From Pocillopora damicornis (lineage: Eukaryota), in contig NW_020847472.1 of the NCBI RefSeq assembly GCF_003704095.1, forward strand, positions 496,001 to 560,000: a stretch of 64,000 nucleotides of DNA, written 5' to 3'. Shown in pieces: positions 12,801 through 27,573 of this stretch. The notes under the pieces were generated by a model. The model worked only from the letters and a program-made list of their open reading frames with translations. It had not been told where the DNA came from and searched no databases. The stretch's first letter is position 1. Each line of letters starts with the position of its first letter. The position numbers and the translations under genes are program-made.

Positions 12801-15800
12801 TTCAAACCGTCTCTTCTCACTTGAGTAAAAACATGCCACGCATACGCTTTACACTGTATTCATTGGTACGTGATATTATACCTTACGAAGTGCAATAAGC
12901 TAAAACTTTTGGACTTGATCTCTGTCGTCAATGATATTTCGCGTAAACCGGACCAAGAGCGAAGAGGAGGTAATGTTAGCCAGTCGAAAAGGGTAGACAT
13001 TCCACCTCACAAGAATTTATCTCAACTCATATACTTTTTTTAGAAACATTTCAACCTTCCAGTGTTTACTGGAATAAATAATTTGTGGCGAGAGAAAGAA
13101 CAACTATCGAAGAAGGTTTTAAAGGATGCTCGAATTTATGTCCGCAAGGCAGACTGAATGCTGATTTAACTTCTACATAATATGAATTATATTTTGATCA
13201 AGTTATTCGCCTCTAGACATTGTCTGAATCACTATCTAAAGCCACGATCGGACAGAATACTAAGATTTTAGTCCTTACACCACTTAACTTGGGAATTGCC
13301 CCAAAGACATCGATCCATTTTGTGATATATCGTATAAAAAACAATGTGTCTGGTCGTCAAACTTTACAGCAGGGAAGTGGAAAATTTAACAAATGTAACA
13401 GGTCACAAAAAGATAAGTTTCGAGTATTAAAGATCACAAAAAGAAATTTTATCTACAGGATGCACAAAAAATTTCAATGAATTGAACGAGTTCTCATGGA
13501 CGAATCATGTAATGCCCGAAAAATATCAAATTTACATGGTTCATCCTTCACTAAATACGCAAGCAATTAGCTAAATCACTTATTGAAAGCTGCATCCATA
13601 AGTCAGCTGTTTTCGTCTGGGTTATACCATCACGTCAATTACGTCAGCTGTATTAATTAAAAAATAACCCGAGGTTACATTAGAAAACGCTACAACTTTC
13701 GCGAGCAAAGTACAGTATTGTGGTGCGCCTGGCCACTTATCTCTTCCGAATTTAATCTTATTTTCATTCCTGTGGCTTGAGTTTTATCTGCACATGACAA
13801 CTTGGTCAATGTTCACATCAGCATGATAAAACTTTTTTTATCTTTTCTTTTAATTTTACGCACGCCTCTCGAAAAACTCTTCACGTGTTTTGTTAAGGTC
13901 AATGGCTGAGACTTTACAGCAGGGAAGTTGGCTGAGACTTATTAGATGAATGAAATCACCTGGCAGCACTACACTTAAAGTTTGGTGATGTTTTCGGAAT
14001 GAAATGTCCTTCAAAATTCACTTATATGTGGCAAAGGGGAAAGCCGGCTCTTTACTAACTGTCCACGCCGGAAAATGATCGATATGCCGACTTGTAAATT
14101 GAGAGAAATAACTATGTATCCTCGTCTGCAATTGCTTAAATCGCAGTACACGCAAGGATTGCTGCTTTACTTGCTTAATTTGTAGCATCTCACAGTTTTA
14201 AAAGTTGCAACGATAATTTGGCGTTGCCAACTGGTACAGGGATCAAAACCTATCACTATCGAAAGTCAAAGGCCATTATAGTTATATACTGACAGTTCTT
14301 AGATTGTAATAGATTGTTGAGGTGTTTGGCAGCCGGAAATGTTTTGTCGTCGTTTTATTATTTCGTTTATCGATTCCTTAGCCGGCATCTTGCGTAGGAA
14401 ATGATCAATAAGATGTAATTAATTTGCAAATTCCAAACGTCCGTGCTCATGAAGCAGGTACTTTCAAACAAGTCAATCAATTGAAAAGCTTATGACTGCA
14501 TATAACGATACTTTTGAAAATAAGCATGGAAATTTTGGTACTCCTATGTAATAAAAGACTTCGACATCTACGGTGTTCGGGGAAGTTCGTAGAAAGGAAA
14601 CTGTTCCTTGTAACGTCAAAGTGCCAGCATGAAAAAAACTTGAAAGTTATTACGACAAAAAAAAGTCACGATTATCGTTCGCTTTTACCGCTTTTAAATA
14701 GAGAGAAAATTTATTTTCGAAGTGAACTTTTGAAATTAACAATCGAGATAATGATTATTAAGATGCGAAAAAAATAAATAAATAAAAAAAAGCAGATGAT
14801 GAACATATTGCATTTTCCGTGGTTTGTTTCTCCCTTCCGGATTTTTCAAATATTATCTTGCCATAATTAGTTTTCCTAATTTAGTAATTACCTCATTCTT
14901 TAGTCCTACAAGAATATCATTCAAAAAACAGAAAAAAATAATTTCAAAAAGAGAATAGCTGTCAGGCGTATTGTAAAAATACAAAGCCTGATTTTGCCGA
15001 AAGGAAAAGACTCACTCCACCTTTTATTCAACGCTCTCTTTGTCCAAAGTCACATCCGCAATAGTTATCAATAACCGTAATCAGCAGATATAAACAGACC
15101 AGTGACATGGCAATTCTCACTTCTCAGAGCTTAAAGTCGGCGACGTCAGGCGGTTTAGCCGCTTTACGTTTTTCCAATCTAATTCAGTGTCACAAGCCTT
15201 CTTTAAGGCGGTGTGCTCTCAACTCTTAAGGAAACCGCAGAGAGGTAAGTTTTTTCCATGCATGAAAACACAACAAACTACTGAGCAGAATGTTCTACCT
15301 TTCCGCCTTTCTTCTCACAAGAAAAATCAAACTATGGAAAAGAGCCTTTTCACTCAAAGAATTCGATGTTTTATTTTCGAATGTGATTTTTTTAAAGTGT
15401 TAATATCTCGTCGCCTGAAGTTACTCTTCAAATATTCGCCCTAACTAATTATCCGTCATAAGCTGTGATAGTTGCGGCAGGAAAAATGTGACCCTTTGAA
15501 ATGATTGGATGAGGTTGGCCACGTGATAGGTCAATACTCTTCGAATACCGAGCCACAATATCGAGGGAGTAGTAATTAGTGATCCGAAAAGAGTCTTATA
15601 TCAAGCGGAAAATTGCGCTCTTAACAGTAGACAAATATTTCTTTTTCTAAATGCCGGCTTGGCGCTTACGGAGTTAAAGCTTGTGACTTGGCAACAATTA
15701 TCACCAACTGATCATAAATAGACACTCTTCCCAGAAAACTATGTATCAAGTAAGTATGAGATAAAATTTTGGCGAAGCTTGGCTGCTAAAACCCGCAATC

Positions 15801-18800
15801 CATCTTCAAGGTTAGTGTGCAGAAGCAAATATTGTAGTAGTTATGAATTTTCTAGCAGTTCTGTGACACTGAGATGTGAAACGTAATGATAAGAAATTCA
15901 ACGATGACTCAGGGGCTTTGACGGAGATAAGATCTGTTATCATACACGTGTAAGGAAAAGTGAGTATCCCTAGGGAAGAGTAAAGCCCAAGTTTGCCTTA
16001 TCGCTTCGAGTGATTAACTTTATTGGCGACTTAATCATGATGAGTGGTGTTTTCGTGGCGCAAACAAAGTTTTACAAACATTGTTAAGATATGTCATAAT
16101 TGTATAGAGTGTAGTCGATTCACACTTAGGGTATACGTAGTATGGTAGTACCCATAGTGAAGAAGAATGAACAGTGAACTGGAAATATTGACTTTAAGCG
16201 AATAGTTCTCGGCAACTTTCTACGACAAAACTGTAACAAGTTCTGTTGGAGTTGAGGCTTTGAATAATAGGGTTATCATTAGGAAAAATTATAGACATAA
16301 AGGAAGAATGTTTACACTCCAGTCGAGAATCAAAAGCTCTACTAGTCGGTATTGAAAACCTTGTGCGCAAACGTTCAAAACCATCAACTGTACTGCATAT
16401 GGCTTTGTAAACTGTAAGAAATATGAGAACATAGCTAATTCCTAGACGTTTTCCAACTAGTGTGATAATATCAAATGATATTAGTCTTGCACCAAGTAAT
16501 GTTTCAAGTTCTTCGGCTCTCCGTGTTAGAGCACTTTGAGCAGAAAAATATCTGGAACATTTGAATGGTGCGTTGCAGAAAATTTGTGTATAAGGTCTTA
16601 ATTAGTATCTTTAATACTTTTAACTTTAATAGTTATATGCATTAGTCTTAATTATGAATCGCCTTTGAGACGACAAGTTAATAAAATGATAGACTGAAAA
16701 AGTCGTCTAGTTATAGTTCTTGAACAGTTTTCTTCTCGATCGAAAATAGCAGAACGAGAGAATATTTAAACAATTTCGGTTTAGCTCTAATTTGACAATA
16801 ATCTTTTATTAAGATATATATAAATATCAGTTTTTAAAAATAATAAAGGCATGTTTTCCTTTTAGAAGTTTACCCTGCTGTTCCTATTGACAAACATGGC
16901 CGGTTACAACCGGTGCCCTTATTGTTTTCGCGCAGTGGAAAATTTCAAATCTCCTTCATAACTTATTTTCTCTAAAATATAGTAGATATGAAATAAGGTG
17001 GAATAACCGCTCCTTCATGTGTTCGCAATTTATTTAATACTATTTAGCCTTTGTTAAAAAACACGCATAAGGTATTTATTGGTTGATAGTTTTCATGACA
17101 AACAGCACAGGTCACATTTTTTTTAAGTTGAATATGTCTCGACAATTCTCAGTTCTGAAATTAGCACTTTCTAGCATGTCTTTTTCGGTGCACGCTTGAG
17201 TAATTTCGTAAATGTAATTACATTGCGGTTTTTACGGGGAACACGCAAGGCGTTTTTTTAAAAATATGATTTCCAACGAGTTTAGGAGGAAATCAGCTAC
17301 ACAATCTTGACTTAAATCGCAGATTTGTTCATGCTAGCAAAGCAACTTTTTTTTCTTTTTTTTCCCTATCTTAGGGGTAAACATTTTTTTAACAAAAACA
17401 TATTGTTTCGAAAGGGTTTTTTCGTTCACTTTCAAATCTTTTTCGGACGTGGGTTATTTACATTCATGACCGCAATTGTGTTTCATTTTACGGTATTAAA
17501 ATATAAACAGTTGTTTCGGCTGAATCAACATGAACTGTTTCATTAGCAAAGGTGATAATTTTCTAAAGGAGCTTTGGTGCAGCGTCGGTGGGGAGTATCA
17601 CATGGTAATTTAGTTTTACCTGCTGAGTTCATAACTTAATTTGACCACCGTAAAGGCTGTTTCTTAAGCTGAAGTTTCAACTGTTAGCCCTTCGTTTGAG
17701 CGAAGTGTAAGTGGTAGCAGCCTCGGAAAATCGCTTCTAACACTAGTTTCGGTTACGTCTGACGTGTTTCGCTTCCTTTCCTGCCAATCCAAATACAACT
17801 GAAAAATGTTAAACCAAAATTGCTCATCTTCTCAACAAACTTTATTTGTTGAGACTTAATTCAGAGTCGCCCTTAAGTCTAAAGGCTTTTGAAAATCTTC
17901 AAACACAGGAAAAAAAGAGAGAGAATAGAGAATATAGGGGAATATTTTAAAGAGAACTATTCATTGAAGTGACAAAGGCAAGGAAGTGTTCAAGAACCGA
18001 TTTCCTAGGTTTCGTATCAGTCTTTCTATTGATGCATGTATACAACACTCTCTTCATTTAACATTCTTTAAAATTGTAGATTTAATGGGTAAAACCATTT
18101 TTGCTATAACTCTCACCCTTTTCAGTTGGCGACGACGGTAGTTAAATTAGGTTGAGGTAGCATGAAAGTTCCGTGAAATAATAACTATGCTTAAACCTGT
18201 CTCTTTGAAAACATAATCACCCAAGTGGAATGCTGGCGCCCGACGGCTGAGTCTTCTAGACATATTAAATTTGATGATATTGATTTAGGGCCGATTGAAA
18301 GGCGACTTGTGTTTTGATAATATCACTTCCACAAGAAGGTGCCATTCCTTTTTAACTGAAACTTCTGAAGTGTTTGTCCTACAATTTAACTCATTGGCTA
18401 AACGTCAAGTGTATTTCTCCAAAAACAAAGAGCGTCTTGACGAGAATGTGTGATTTATAAGTTATTCTATTCACTTTCTATGACCGGCCAGTAACGAACC
18501 TGTAATTTTTTCATTTTCAATAGTACCGTCTTTCAGAAACAAGTCATAATTCACTGACGCTTACTGCGATTCAGGGCTGAAAAACAAAGTTTACAAAGTC
18601 AGGTATAATACCCAGGCTCTTCGCGTTGCTAGGATATGCAGGAAAAACAACTTCGAGAAGGCTTGAAAGCGACGTGAGCCCATCATTATCTATTCCATCA
18701 TCCGCGTCAGAAAACTCGCAGCAAGAAGTTTCCTACTAAGATTTGCTTTAAATGCGCCAGTTGTTTAACAGGTAAGAAGGGATTTCTGAACGTTTTCATC

Positions 18801-19419
18801 CCTCTAATCCCAAGTTCTGTTGAACCGCAACTGTCTCATCAGAAACGAATATATTTATGTGTTGACTGCTCTTAAGAATTTGGTGTTGTTTACAGATATT
18901 TCCTTGTTGATTATTTTCTAACTTCTCACCACTTATACGTTTGTAAGTGTCTCAAAATGGTACGAAGAATTCAACGCACTATACTTTTGAAAGCGGAAGG
19001 CGGCAGGAAAATCATTAATATTTCAGTTTCGAAGGGGAAAAGTTAGTGAATAAAAAGTTTGATACGACCTCTTTTCGACGGAGCTTTGTTTCAGGAACGT
19101 GCCATCTTAAATGAGATCAATTTACCAATCATGCATCTTCCGTAATTTCATCGAGTGATTCATTATCATTGTGTTGATAGCTTTTATAAGTTATTATTTA
19201 GCGTTTTTAGCTGTCTAATCCCTTCGCAGATCGTATTTGTAACCTGCATTTGTTTAGGAAGCTGACTCATTTTGAGAGGCTATAATTCGAAATAAACGCC
19301 GGAACACTATTTTTAAACTTAAGCCAATTACTCTGTCCGAAAGAAATACGAAGTGATTTGAAAAATTTGTGGACTCACACCACGAGAGTTTTATTGTTTG
19401 TTGTTTATTTGCTTATTTT

Positions 19420-20030
19420 GCCATTTTTCAATCATAAGACATCAGTAGAAATAAAAAGAATTACACATACGCTAATATAATATAATATAACTGAAAATTT
19501 AACACGTGGCGAGGAAACCTGTAAAGAAACCAATAAGCTTATGCGAGTTGCTGGCTCCTCATATTTTACAAAAGTGAGGCATCAGTTATAAGGCATGATC
19601 TTAGTTTAAAAGGAAAGAACACACTCATAAACAACAACAAAATAGCAGGTCCTGAAACAAACATATACTTAAGCAGCTTGAGAGGAGTGAGAAAAATATG
19701 AGGAAGAGGGGATTAGTAATTAGGAGTAATGTTCGCAATTTATTTTTAAACAGGGAAATTGTGCCATCATTTTGGACTTTTATATTCAGAGAATTGAAAA
19801 ATTAAGGTCCTTGGAAATATAACGCAAACTGTCTGATATTTGTTTCTGCAAGAAGGCATGTAAAAGGAATTGCATTGTCTGGTGTAATGGCAATAAATGC
19901 CACTTGAAAACGAAAATAATCTTTCAAGAGCATATTTGGAAAACAGTTGGTATGCAAAAAGGCATGCTTCGGAAACAGATGTGACAAATTTCCTAAAAGT
20001 GTTAAAAAGATATCCAATTTAGAAACGGCC
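19420..20030 (-). mobile_element. 3' remnant of a CR1/L2-type non-LTR retrotransposon
   Basis: The minus-strand peptide ...ETNIRQFALYFQGP* resembles the C-terminal tail of CR1/L2 ORF2. It is followed by an AT-rich 3'-UTR-like tract. Confidence 0.5.
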
Positions 20031-23000
20031 CCCCACCTATGGTCCTGTTTGCCTCGGTGCCATCGAACTTAGCCTCGTTCTCAACAGGCTATGCAACTTT
20101 GATTGTGGTAGCCAATCAGGTTGCAATAATTCTTCCAGCTTTGCAAATTCAGCGTTTGAGGTTAAATAGTTATCTTCTTGTATGCGAAGATAAAAGATAG
20201 GGAAATAGTAAGTCTTCTCCATCTGAAACCATCCTCGATCGTCCTTTGTTGGATCATTCCTTGGTGTTTTTTTGTCTACATGATTTCAGTCTGTTCAAGA
20301 GAAATACTCAGTATTGAAGCGAAAACGACTCAAAATTCTGTGATTAAACTCCCTCGCATTTCTCACGAAGAACTTTTAAAACGATTCAAAATTATTTTTT
20401 AATGGTCTGCCATGAGGCTGCAGGATTAAAGAGGTTAAGTCTATGTCTTAATTAATACGGCTTTTTGTGGTCATAATCTGTTTAGCCCGACTTGCGTACG
20501 TGTGAGGGACACTGACGCAAACTTATCTGGGGAAAATTTTAAATGACATCAAAACGAGAAGAGGAAAAATTGCTTTTTAAAGTTTTGTAAATATTGACAA
20601 ATTGGCATATCGAGGATGAAGCGGTAATTTTCTATTTATAAGTAAGAACCTTGTCACAATCGACCTTTGAAGTGATGATAAATTTTTGCTTTATCAGCGC
20701 TGTTTCAGTGGCATGATATCGCGCCTTTACGTAAGCAATGTTTAAACTGTAAAACAAAATTCTCTTTGTACATGCCGGCGTGAAAAACTAGATGAGTTAT
20801 GCCCAAAAATATAAAATAAGTATATTATTCTTTTCATTAAAACTGAGTCGAAAAAAATTTTTTTTAGATATGCGGTTCCCTAAGTCAAAACGAATAAATA
20901 AATTTTCTCTCTCGCCGACATTATTGACAACGGTAACAAAACAGACCTCTTAGAGGTTTTACATGTAATGCACACGATGACTTTTGAAAGGAAGTCTATT
21001 TTATACACTGGTACGTCGTTACGTTACGCTAAGATTTTTTAAACCACTTTTAACATTATCTCAGATATCTTCATTTCTTTGGGGTTTTCTTTCATAATAT
21101 ATGTTTTGTCGCTTTCACGAATGTGTGCCCTAGTTATAATTGAACCGGTGTCGAGGTTGCCTTTCAAAATTTCGCAGTCAACAGATTTCAAAGCCCGAAG
21201 GCACGGAATAGAGAATCTCTTAAAAGTGGCATTTTATTTATCTTTTTGGCGTCATTTTTCTTGTTATGCCCTTTGCAACCTTTTTTATTTCTGCCCTGTT
21301 CGAACTCAAAGATGTTCAAGAGTTGTTTTCGAAATCATAAAGAGTGTATCCTTAATTTCGCGGAGCGCGAAAGAGTTAAAAATTAATTCAAGTAACACTA
21401 CAGAAAACAGAAGTCGTTAGAAACAATGATGATTACTTGTTTCAGAAAGTCATAGCGATAATTGGAACGGCGAGGTTGAAATAGGGTGACAAATTGATCA
21501 CGACAGGTTTGAAAGATAGAGCTGTACTTGGCTCAACTCTAATCATGCGCTTCGAGAAATATGACAGCTTTCTGATGTCTTATTCGTGACAAGAATGTTT
21601 TGGTTTGTCTCTTGGACAGGATAAAACTCGGATCCTACTAACTAAGAATGAACAGGCTGCCAATAGCCGTATTAAAAAAACAAATTGTTATCCCATATAT
21701 TAATTTTGATCTGTAGGATTCTTCTCTTTTTAATAACGAAGGAAACCGTAATGATTTCTAATTTCCCATACCTAGTTGGATCTCGTAATTTGCTGATATC
21801 TTCCGTTTGAGCGCGTTTGAGTTATAAACAGTCTTTGAAAGACCTCCAATTGTTATATCGTGTTCCGTTCCATAAAAATTCACGTGAGCAGAGGTACAAT
21901 TGAAGAGCTATCCGCCTGATCAGTTCAGAGAGATTCACACAAGATATTTCAAGCTTACGAAAACCACATACTGGTAAAGCATTTCAGTGTAGTTCTTAGT
22001 TAAATACAACAGTTTCCTAAGATTCATGACACAGTTCGAGAAGGGATTCTACATGTGCACGCGAACAGAGAAAGCAACAAAGTGAGGTCTGTGATAATAT
22101 GTTCCGCGTTAGAAAGAAATTCGCCGTTCAGTGTATTTTCAAGTTATTTTTGACCAAGAATTGTTAAAACAAATCAGTGGTAGATCGGACGCTTTGAATT
22201 CATTAGTTATTGGTGAAATGCGTGTTTTTCGCATAACCCTTAGCAAACTCGGTCAATCTTTAGCGTTATGAGTAAAACAGTTAAGGTTTGCAGATCTAGA
22301 AGCTCTTGGAGAAAATTATTCAGAAGAAAACGATCTTCTACAGTTGAACAACTTTAATAAGAGTCAGCAATTAGACTGTTTAATAATTTTCATTATTATT
22401 CCTTTTTCAGCAATTTCGTAAACTTGATTCTTGATAAAAAAAAAAAAAAAATTCGGAATTCGCTGCATAGTGGCGGATGGAAAGGACATCAACCCGAGCC
22501 GTGAACAGAACTTCAAGTGTTGTTAAGATATATACACGGGATAAATATTGTCCCTATTTCCGCCGCCTCTACCGAAATAGAGCGTTCACTGAAGCGTTAC
22601 CTTAATCGACAGCTGATGCTGAATTGCTTAAATATTGCAAGAACTTTACGCCAGCTTGAATCGTCTCGAACTCCATACCACTGAATTCAGCGTATGAGGC
22701 TACGATGATTGTTGTAACTTTTTTGGTTTTTTGTCCTCATGTAAATATGATTATCAGGAAAGTTAAAAAACGAATCGTCCCTTAAGTCCATAGCTACCAC
22801 TTCCTTGAAGCGGAGGAAATGGGAGCTATCGTTTCTCTAACGGCAGTTTCCACTAGTAATGCGAAGCAACTTTAAAATATACGGCGCGATTTTGCAGTTT
22901 AACTGCATGTTTTCGATGTCATCAATCGCCTCGGTCTCTTTCGCTATAGCGTAAGTGTTTGTCCAAACATGAATTTGTTTGCCACTTGCTCTCGTCATCA

Positions 23001-23912
23001 CAGCAGGACAAAACATGGGCTTGAAAGTGGATTGACCAATCAGATGATGCGTACCATGTAAAGTTCGTAAGAACGCAAGTTGATCAAGTTGACCGCTCTT
23101 ATGTGATGTCGTCGAACGTGATTGCAAGTTATTTTACTAATATGTAAAGCGGCTCTTTTGTGGACTTTTAATAACTTATCGATTTTAATGCAACAGAGTA
23201 AACTGTACCAGAAAATTTAATATTTCAGGATATCGCAGCTGTACAAAAATAACCAAAAAGAAAATAGCTGATTATTATCAGCAATTTTTCTTTACCAAGC
23301 TGAAAGAAAACATGTGTTGTACGTGATCCCAGAGGAATAAATCTTAGCTCTGTTTTTGTGTTGGTGTGATGACAAAATATTTCACTGAGCAAAACTGACT
23401 GAAGACAAAACTGAAGACAAAATTGGAAGCTGAAGAAAGAAACGAAAAAATATCGGTAGGCAAGCAGAAAAGTAAGTTTTTTGAGTGAGATTTTCAAATT
23501 GAGCCAAACTAACTGAAATTAGGACACAGGCTAGATTAAAACCCTGCTTGCTGAGCACTGAATTCTTGGTTTTAGGTTTTTTCCTCGTTAGAATTTTTGT
23601 TCCTATGATTTCAACGTTGTAAGCGATCTTTTCATAATGACTGGCAAATAATTTTCACATCAAACGCTGAAAAATCTGCCGCGATTCATTGTCATTGTGT
23701 TAAGTTTGGGGAAAATATAAAATACATCCTTCAGGTTTATCATTGAAATAATTTTAACGGAGTCCTCTGACATATCACCAGAACATCGTGTCAACTAGTA
23801 CCTCGTATTTTAAAGTCACGTCTAGAAGTCATTAACATTTAACTTCATAAACCAGATTACATCGCTAACCACCTCGGTTTCATCTTTATGCAGGTGAGCA
23901 TTGAGGAGAAAT

Positions 23913-24911
23913 ATGTATACTGGCTTTGCAATCTTCTTCTCTATATTGATATTTGTTAACCTGGTGGGAAATACCCTGGTGATTCTCGCTGTTAGCCTAA
24001 ACAAGGCCATGAGATCTCCAATCAACTATTTGCTGATCAACTTAGCAACCGCTGACATGATTGTGGCGCTGTTTATAGGAATACCATTCGTCGTTACACC
24101 CATCCTCACCCACCCGGAGGGGAAACCAGGCGACATTCTCTGCAAGCTGTTCACTGGTGGTAACGTGGGATGGGTGGGTGCGCTGGCTTCTGTTTTCACT
24201 CTGGTGGCTGTCGCAATTGAGCGGTACGGCGCTGTGTTATATCCTCACAGCCAGAAAGGAAAACTAACAAGAACCAGGTTAACAGTCCTTATTGCCACTT
24301 GCTGGACGCTTTCTGCTTTGTGGGCTATCCCAGGGTTCAACGCGATCACGTATATGCCGGAAATAAAAAGTTGTGCGCACAGCTGGTCGAAGCCAATCTA
24401 TGCGCAGTTTTACACGGTTGGGTGGTCTGTGGTCGCCGGTGTCATTCCTATAGGAATATTGGGAGCGCTTTACTCAAGAATGGTGTACCACCTGTGGCTT
24501 AGAAAGGACAACATTAGAGAAGCGACTCAGAAGGCTTTGAAACGCCACCGGAAACGCGTCACAAAGATGGTTGTTGTTGTGACAGTTATTTACGTTTTGT
24601 GCTGGGTTCCTGAACTGTTAATATACTTTCTGGGTTTTACGGGCACCATTACTCTTGTAGGAGTCCATCACGCGATTGCTTCAGCCTTGATCGTGTTCAA
24701 CTCCAGCGTGAACCCGATTGTGTACAGCTTACAGAGCAGTCAGTTTAGGAAACACTTGACTGATTTGATCTTCTGTAAGCGTAACAGGGTGGCACCTATG
24801 AGTTCTACTGCCACGGCAAGCACAGGAAAACGACAAGGTTTGGAGATGGAAGGCGAAACAAACATGACAGTACATCCAAGTCAAGACGTAGAGTCAGTGA
24901 CAGTGACGTAG
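23913..24911 (+). CDS. Rhodopsin-class (class A) GPCR, neuropeptide-receptor-like, intronless CDS
   Basis: Seven hydrophobic segments with GN in TM1, NLATAD in TM2, C...AIERY in TM3, CWVP in TM6 and NSSVNPIVY in TM7. The first in-frame ATG is 23913, with an in-frame TGA at 23895. Confidence 0.93.
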   Translation: MYTGFAIFFSILIFVNLVGNTLVILAVSLNKAMRSPINYLLINLATADMIVALFIGIPFVVTPILTHPEGKPGDILCKLFTGGNVGWVGALASVFTLVAVAIERYGAVLYPHSQKGKLTRTRLTVLIATCWTLSALWAIPGFNAITYMPEIKSCAHSWSKPIYAQFYTVGWSVVAGVIPIGILGALYSRMVYHLWLRKDNIREATQKALKRHRKRVTKMVVVVTVIYVLCWVPELLIYFLGFTGTITLVGVHHAIASALIVFNSSVNPIVYSLQSSQFRKHLTDLIFCKRNRVAPMSSTATASTGKRQGLEMEGETNMTVHPSQDVESVTVT

Positions 24912-25155
24912 AAAATGTTCATATGAACATTGTAGCCCTAAGGAACAGGGAGACCAGGATGAGCACTGTTCAAATTGGGAATCTTGTGCTCAGTCAAAGA
25001 AGGAAAGATGAGGTTGAGCGGAGAAAATGATTGAGTCGCCTTCAGTACATTGCCCAGGACAAAAGAGCGTACTTTATATCATATTTGCTTTAATATTACA
25101 GACTCACACTTTCCTCATAAGTATTCATTCCTTCGGTGTGAAGATGTTTGTTCTC

Positions 25156-25190
<35 letters not shown>

Positions 25191-25494
25191 NNNNNNNNNN
25201 NNNNNNNNNAGGGGGGTGTGACAAGCCTTTGGAAGTTTTAGGTGCACAAATCATACACTTTTTGATAGATACACAGAAAAACAGAAGCTCCATAACAAAT
25301 CCAGCAATACAGATTGTGAAGTTCATGCGAGTTCCTGCAGAATTATTTATTGTGAACATACACATGTATAAAATGACATATTAAATAACTGAACCAGCCA
25401 TATATTGCTTTATGTTCCCTAAATGGTCCTGTTATGGACCTGGGACACTTGTGTTTCACACACAACTCACAAATAGAAGGAAAATGTGTTTCCC

Positions 25495-25707
25495 TTAACC
25501 TTTTAACTCCCAAGATTTCATTAGTAATTCTCCCTTTTTCCTGCCATGAAATACTTACCATTTCAATTTGGAGAATTTGGTATTGGATCAACTTGTAGTT
25601 CCTTAATTGAGTTTTTTTCTTTATTCTCCTCACTTGTCTGCTTGATTCTGTGGTGATATTGTAAGGAGAAATTCTTTCTTGGTCACTCATGGGAGTTAAA
25701 GGGTTAA
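25495..25707. mobile_element. piggyBac-like MITE, representative of a family with many copies in this window (e.g. ~4896-5330, 7420-7623, 25836-26045, 28877-29090, 32510-32710, 34706-34923, 37006-37216, 38857-39066, 40487-40701)
   Basis: About 200-bp elements bounded by ttaaccctttaactcc...ggagttaaagggttaa, i.e. TTAA target sites with CCCT termini. Confidence 0.75.
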
Positions 25708-27573
25708 AGAACAAAAATTTTTAGGCAAAAAATAGATATTTTCTGCATTTTCATGCATTAGGGTTGAAAACGTTTTAGTTTCCTTGACAACTTTCCCTGC
25801 AAACCTTTTGTTTTAGAAAGGAAAAATAGAAAGATTTAACTCTGTAACTCCCAGTGATTAACACGTAACTTCTCCCTGTAACATCCATACTGTATTCAGC
25901 CAACACTAGGTTATAACAATGCTCGAACGTACCAGGTAGAAATTTTTATCTTGATCTATTATCAAATCTTTGTGACTAATTTACAAGAAAATGCTTAGCA
26001 GGTAGAAGGGAGAATCAACAATCAGATCGAGGAGTTAAATGGTTAAGCATTATGTATATAACTTACAATGTATCAAAATTTTTTAGTTTACTTACCATGC
26101 ATTTCTGTTGCAGATATTTAAACATATTACAAATTTAAAGATAATATTAACAGTAACCATAGTAACCATACTGATAAATGTAGCATCCTTAAAAGAAGTA
26201 CCATTTAAAAATGCTTCACGTACAAAATTGTATCAGCAATATTTAGATTGTAATTGGGTTTAATAAAGGTTTAATCAGAAGAGTGTTTGGGAAATGTTTC
26301 CTATTAAACTTCCACATTTTCTCCTCTGGGTACAAGGGATTTTTAAGAGTAGTTTGTTTGTTTGTTTGCTTGTTTGTTTTTAAGTCAGAGAAAGAGAGAG
26401 AGAGAGAGAGGAGAAGGGAATGATTTCTGTACCATTAAAAATATATATATTTGAAATAAAATATGTGTGATTAAGGCCTGCATCATGTAGCAATGCTGAA
26501 TGATGAAAAAGTAAGCCATGGAAATGAAACAGTCTCAGGTGTTCAGGTGAGCCAAGTGAGGTAAAAGTTATAAACTCTCCTGAAAAGGGCTTACTTCCTA
26601 AAAATTCTTTTTTACATGACAGTAGTCTTGAAAGATGTCATTTTAGGGGACTTTTAAAGTATTTGGAAGCACTGAGAGCCAGAAGGGAATTTGGAGGGGG
26701 AAAAGGGAGATGGGATGTAAGATCTCCTCATGGATCAAAGCTTATGGGTAAACCTAAAAGAGCCTTCAATGAAGCCAGGTGTAAGATAATGGCATATATG
26801 ACTGGGCTGGTTTTACAAATTTCGGAGACCTCTTTACACAAACCAACAGGGTATTTCATACTTAACAACTATGTGGAGCAAACCTCTGGAAAATACCCGG
26901 TGACAGCACAGACACTATTTAACACCGGCTTTTAGCCCTATAAAGGTTAACAACTCTTTCTTATAATCTTCAGAAAGAGTGGGATGTAAGTTAAAAGTGT
27001 AAGTGTGACTGTGAATTAGAAGGGCCATACATTTCATTTTAAAATACTCCCCTATTTAGTAACTTAATATCAACTCAAGTTGCTGTTTGATACATATGAT
27101 TCTATTTAATAATTTTATTGATATAAATATCTTATTATTTATGTCCCCATGCAACAAATTCAATAAATCTAAATCCTAATAAGACATAGTCCACATGCAA
27201 TCAATACATTTTGATCTCCGGCCAGATGTGTCAATCATGGGTCATTCATCTACACAGTAATCCTTAGCCAGCTTCTTGTGTCTCAGGACAACAACACAGG
27301 ACAATTTCAAGCTGTTTACACTGAAAGAGGTTTCCACATCAGATGAAATTCAGCTCCTTCCAGGGTGTTCTCTATAATTGGATATAAACACTGAACATGT
27401 ATCTTTTTCTTTGAAATCTCTTTGCTTTCAATTCTTTTAATTTTGCTCAATTTCCTTACAAAGAAAACCAAGACAGAATATCATTTTACACTTCCTTACC
27501 TCTACCAAATCCCAAAGGTGTAACACACTTGAATCACTTCAAGAGGGGACTATTTGGTTTTCAAAAGTTCTCT

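Noticed and set aside
10000-23800. Numerous 60-136 aa ORFs in the intergenic region
   Set aside because: AT-rich, low-complexity translations with no recognisable domain and no consistent splice chain.
23895-23897. In-frame TGA upstream of the GPCR as selenocysteine or a nonsense mutation
   Set aside because: No upstream in-frame ATG occurs before the next stop at 23823, and I recognised no SECIS.
25157-25216. Poly-G run giving Gly/Pro-rich ORFs
   Set aside because: It adjoins an N gap and is probably a sequencing or assembly artefact or a simple repeat.
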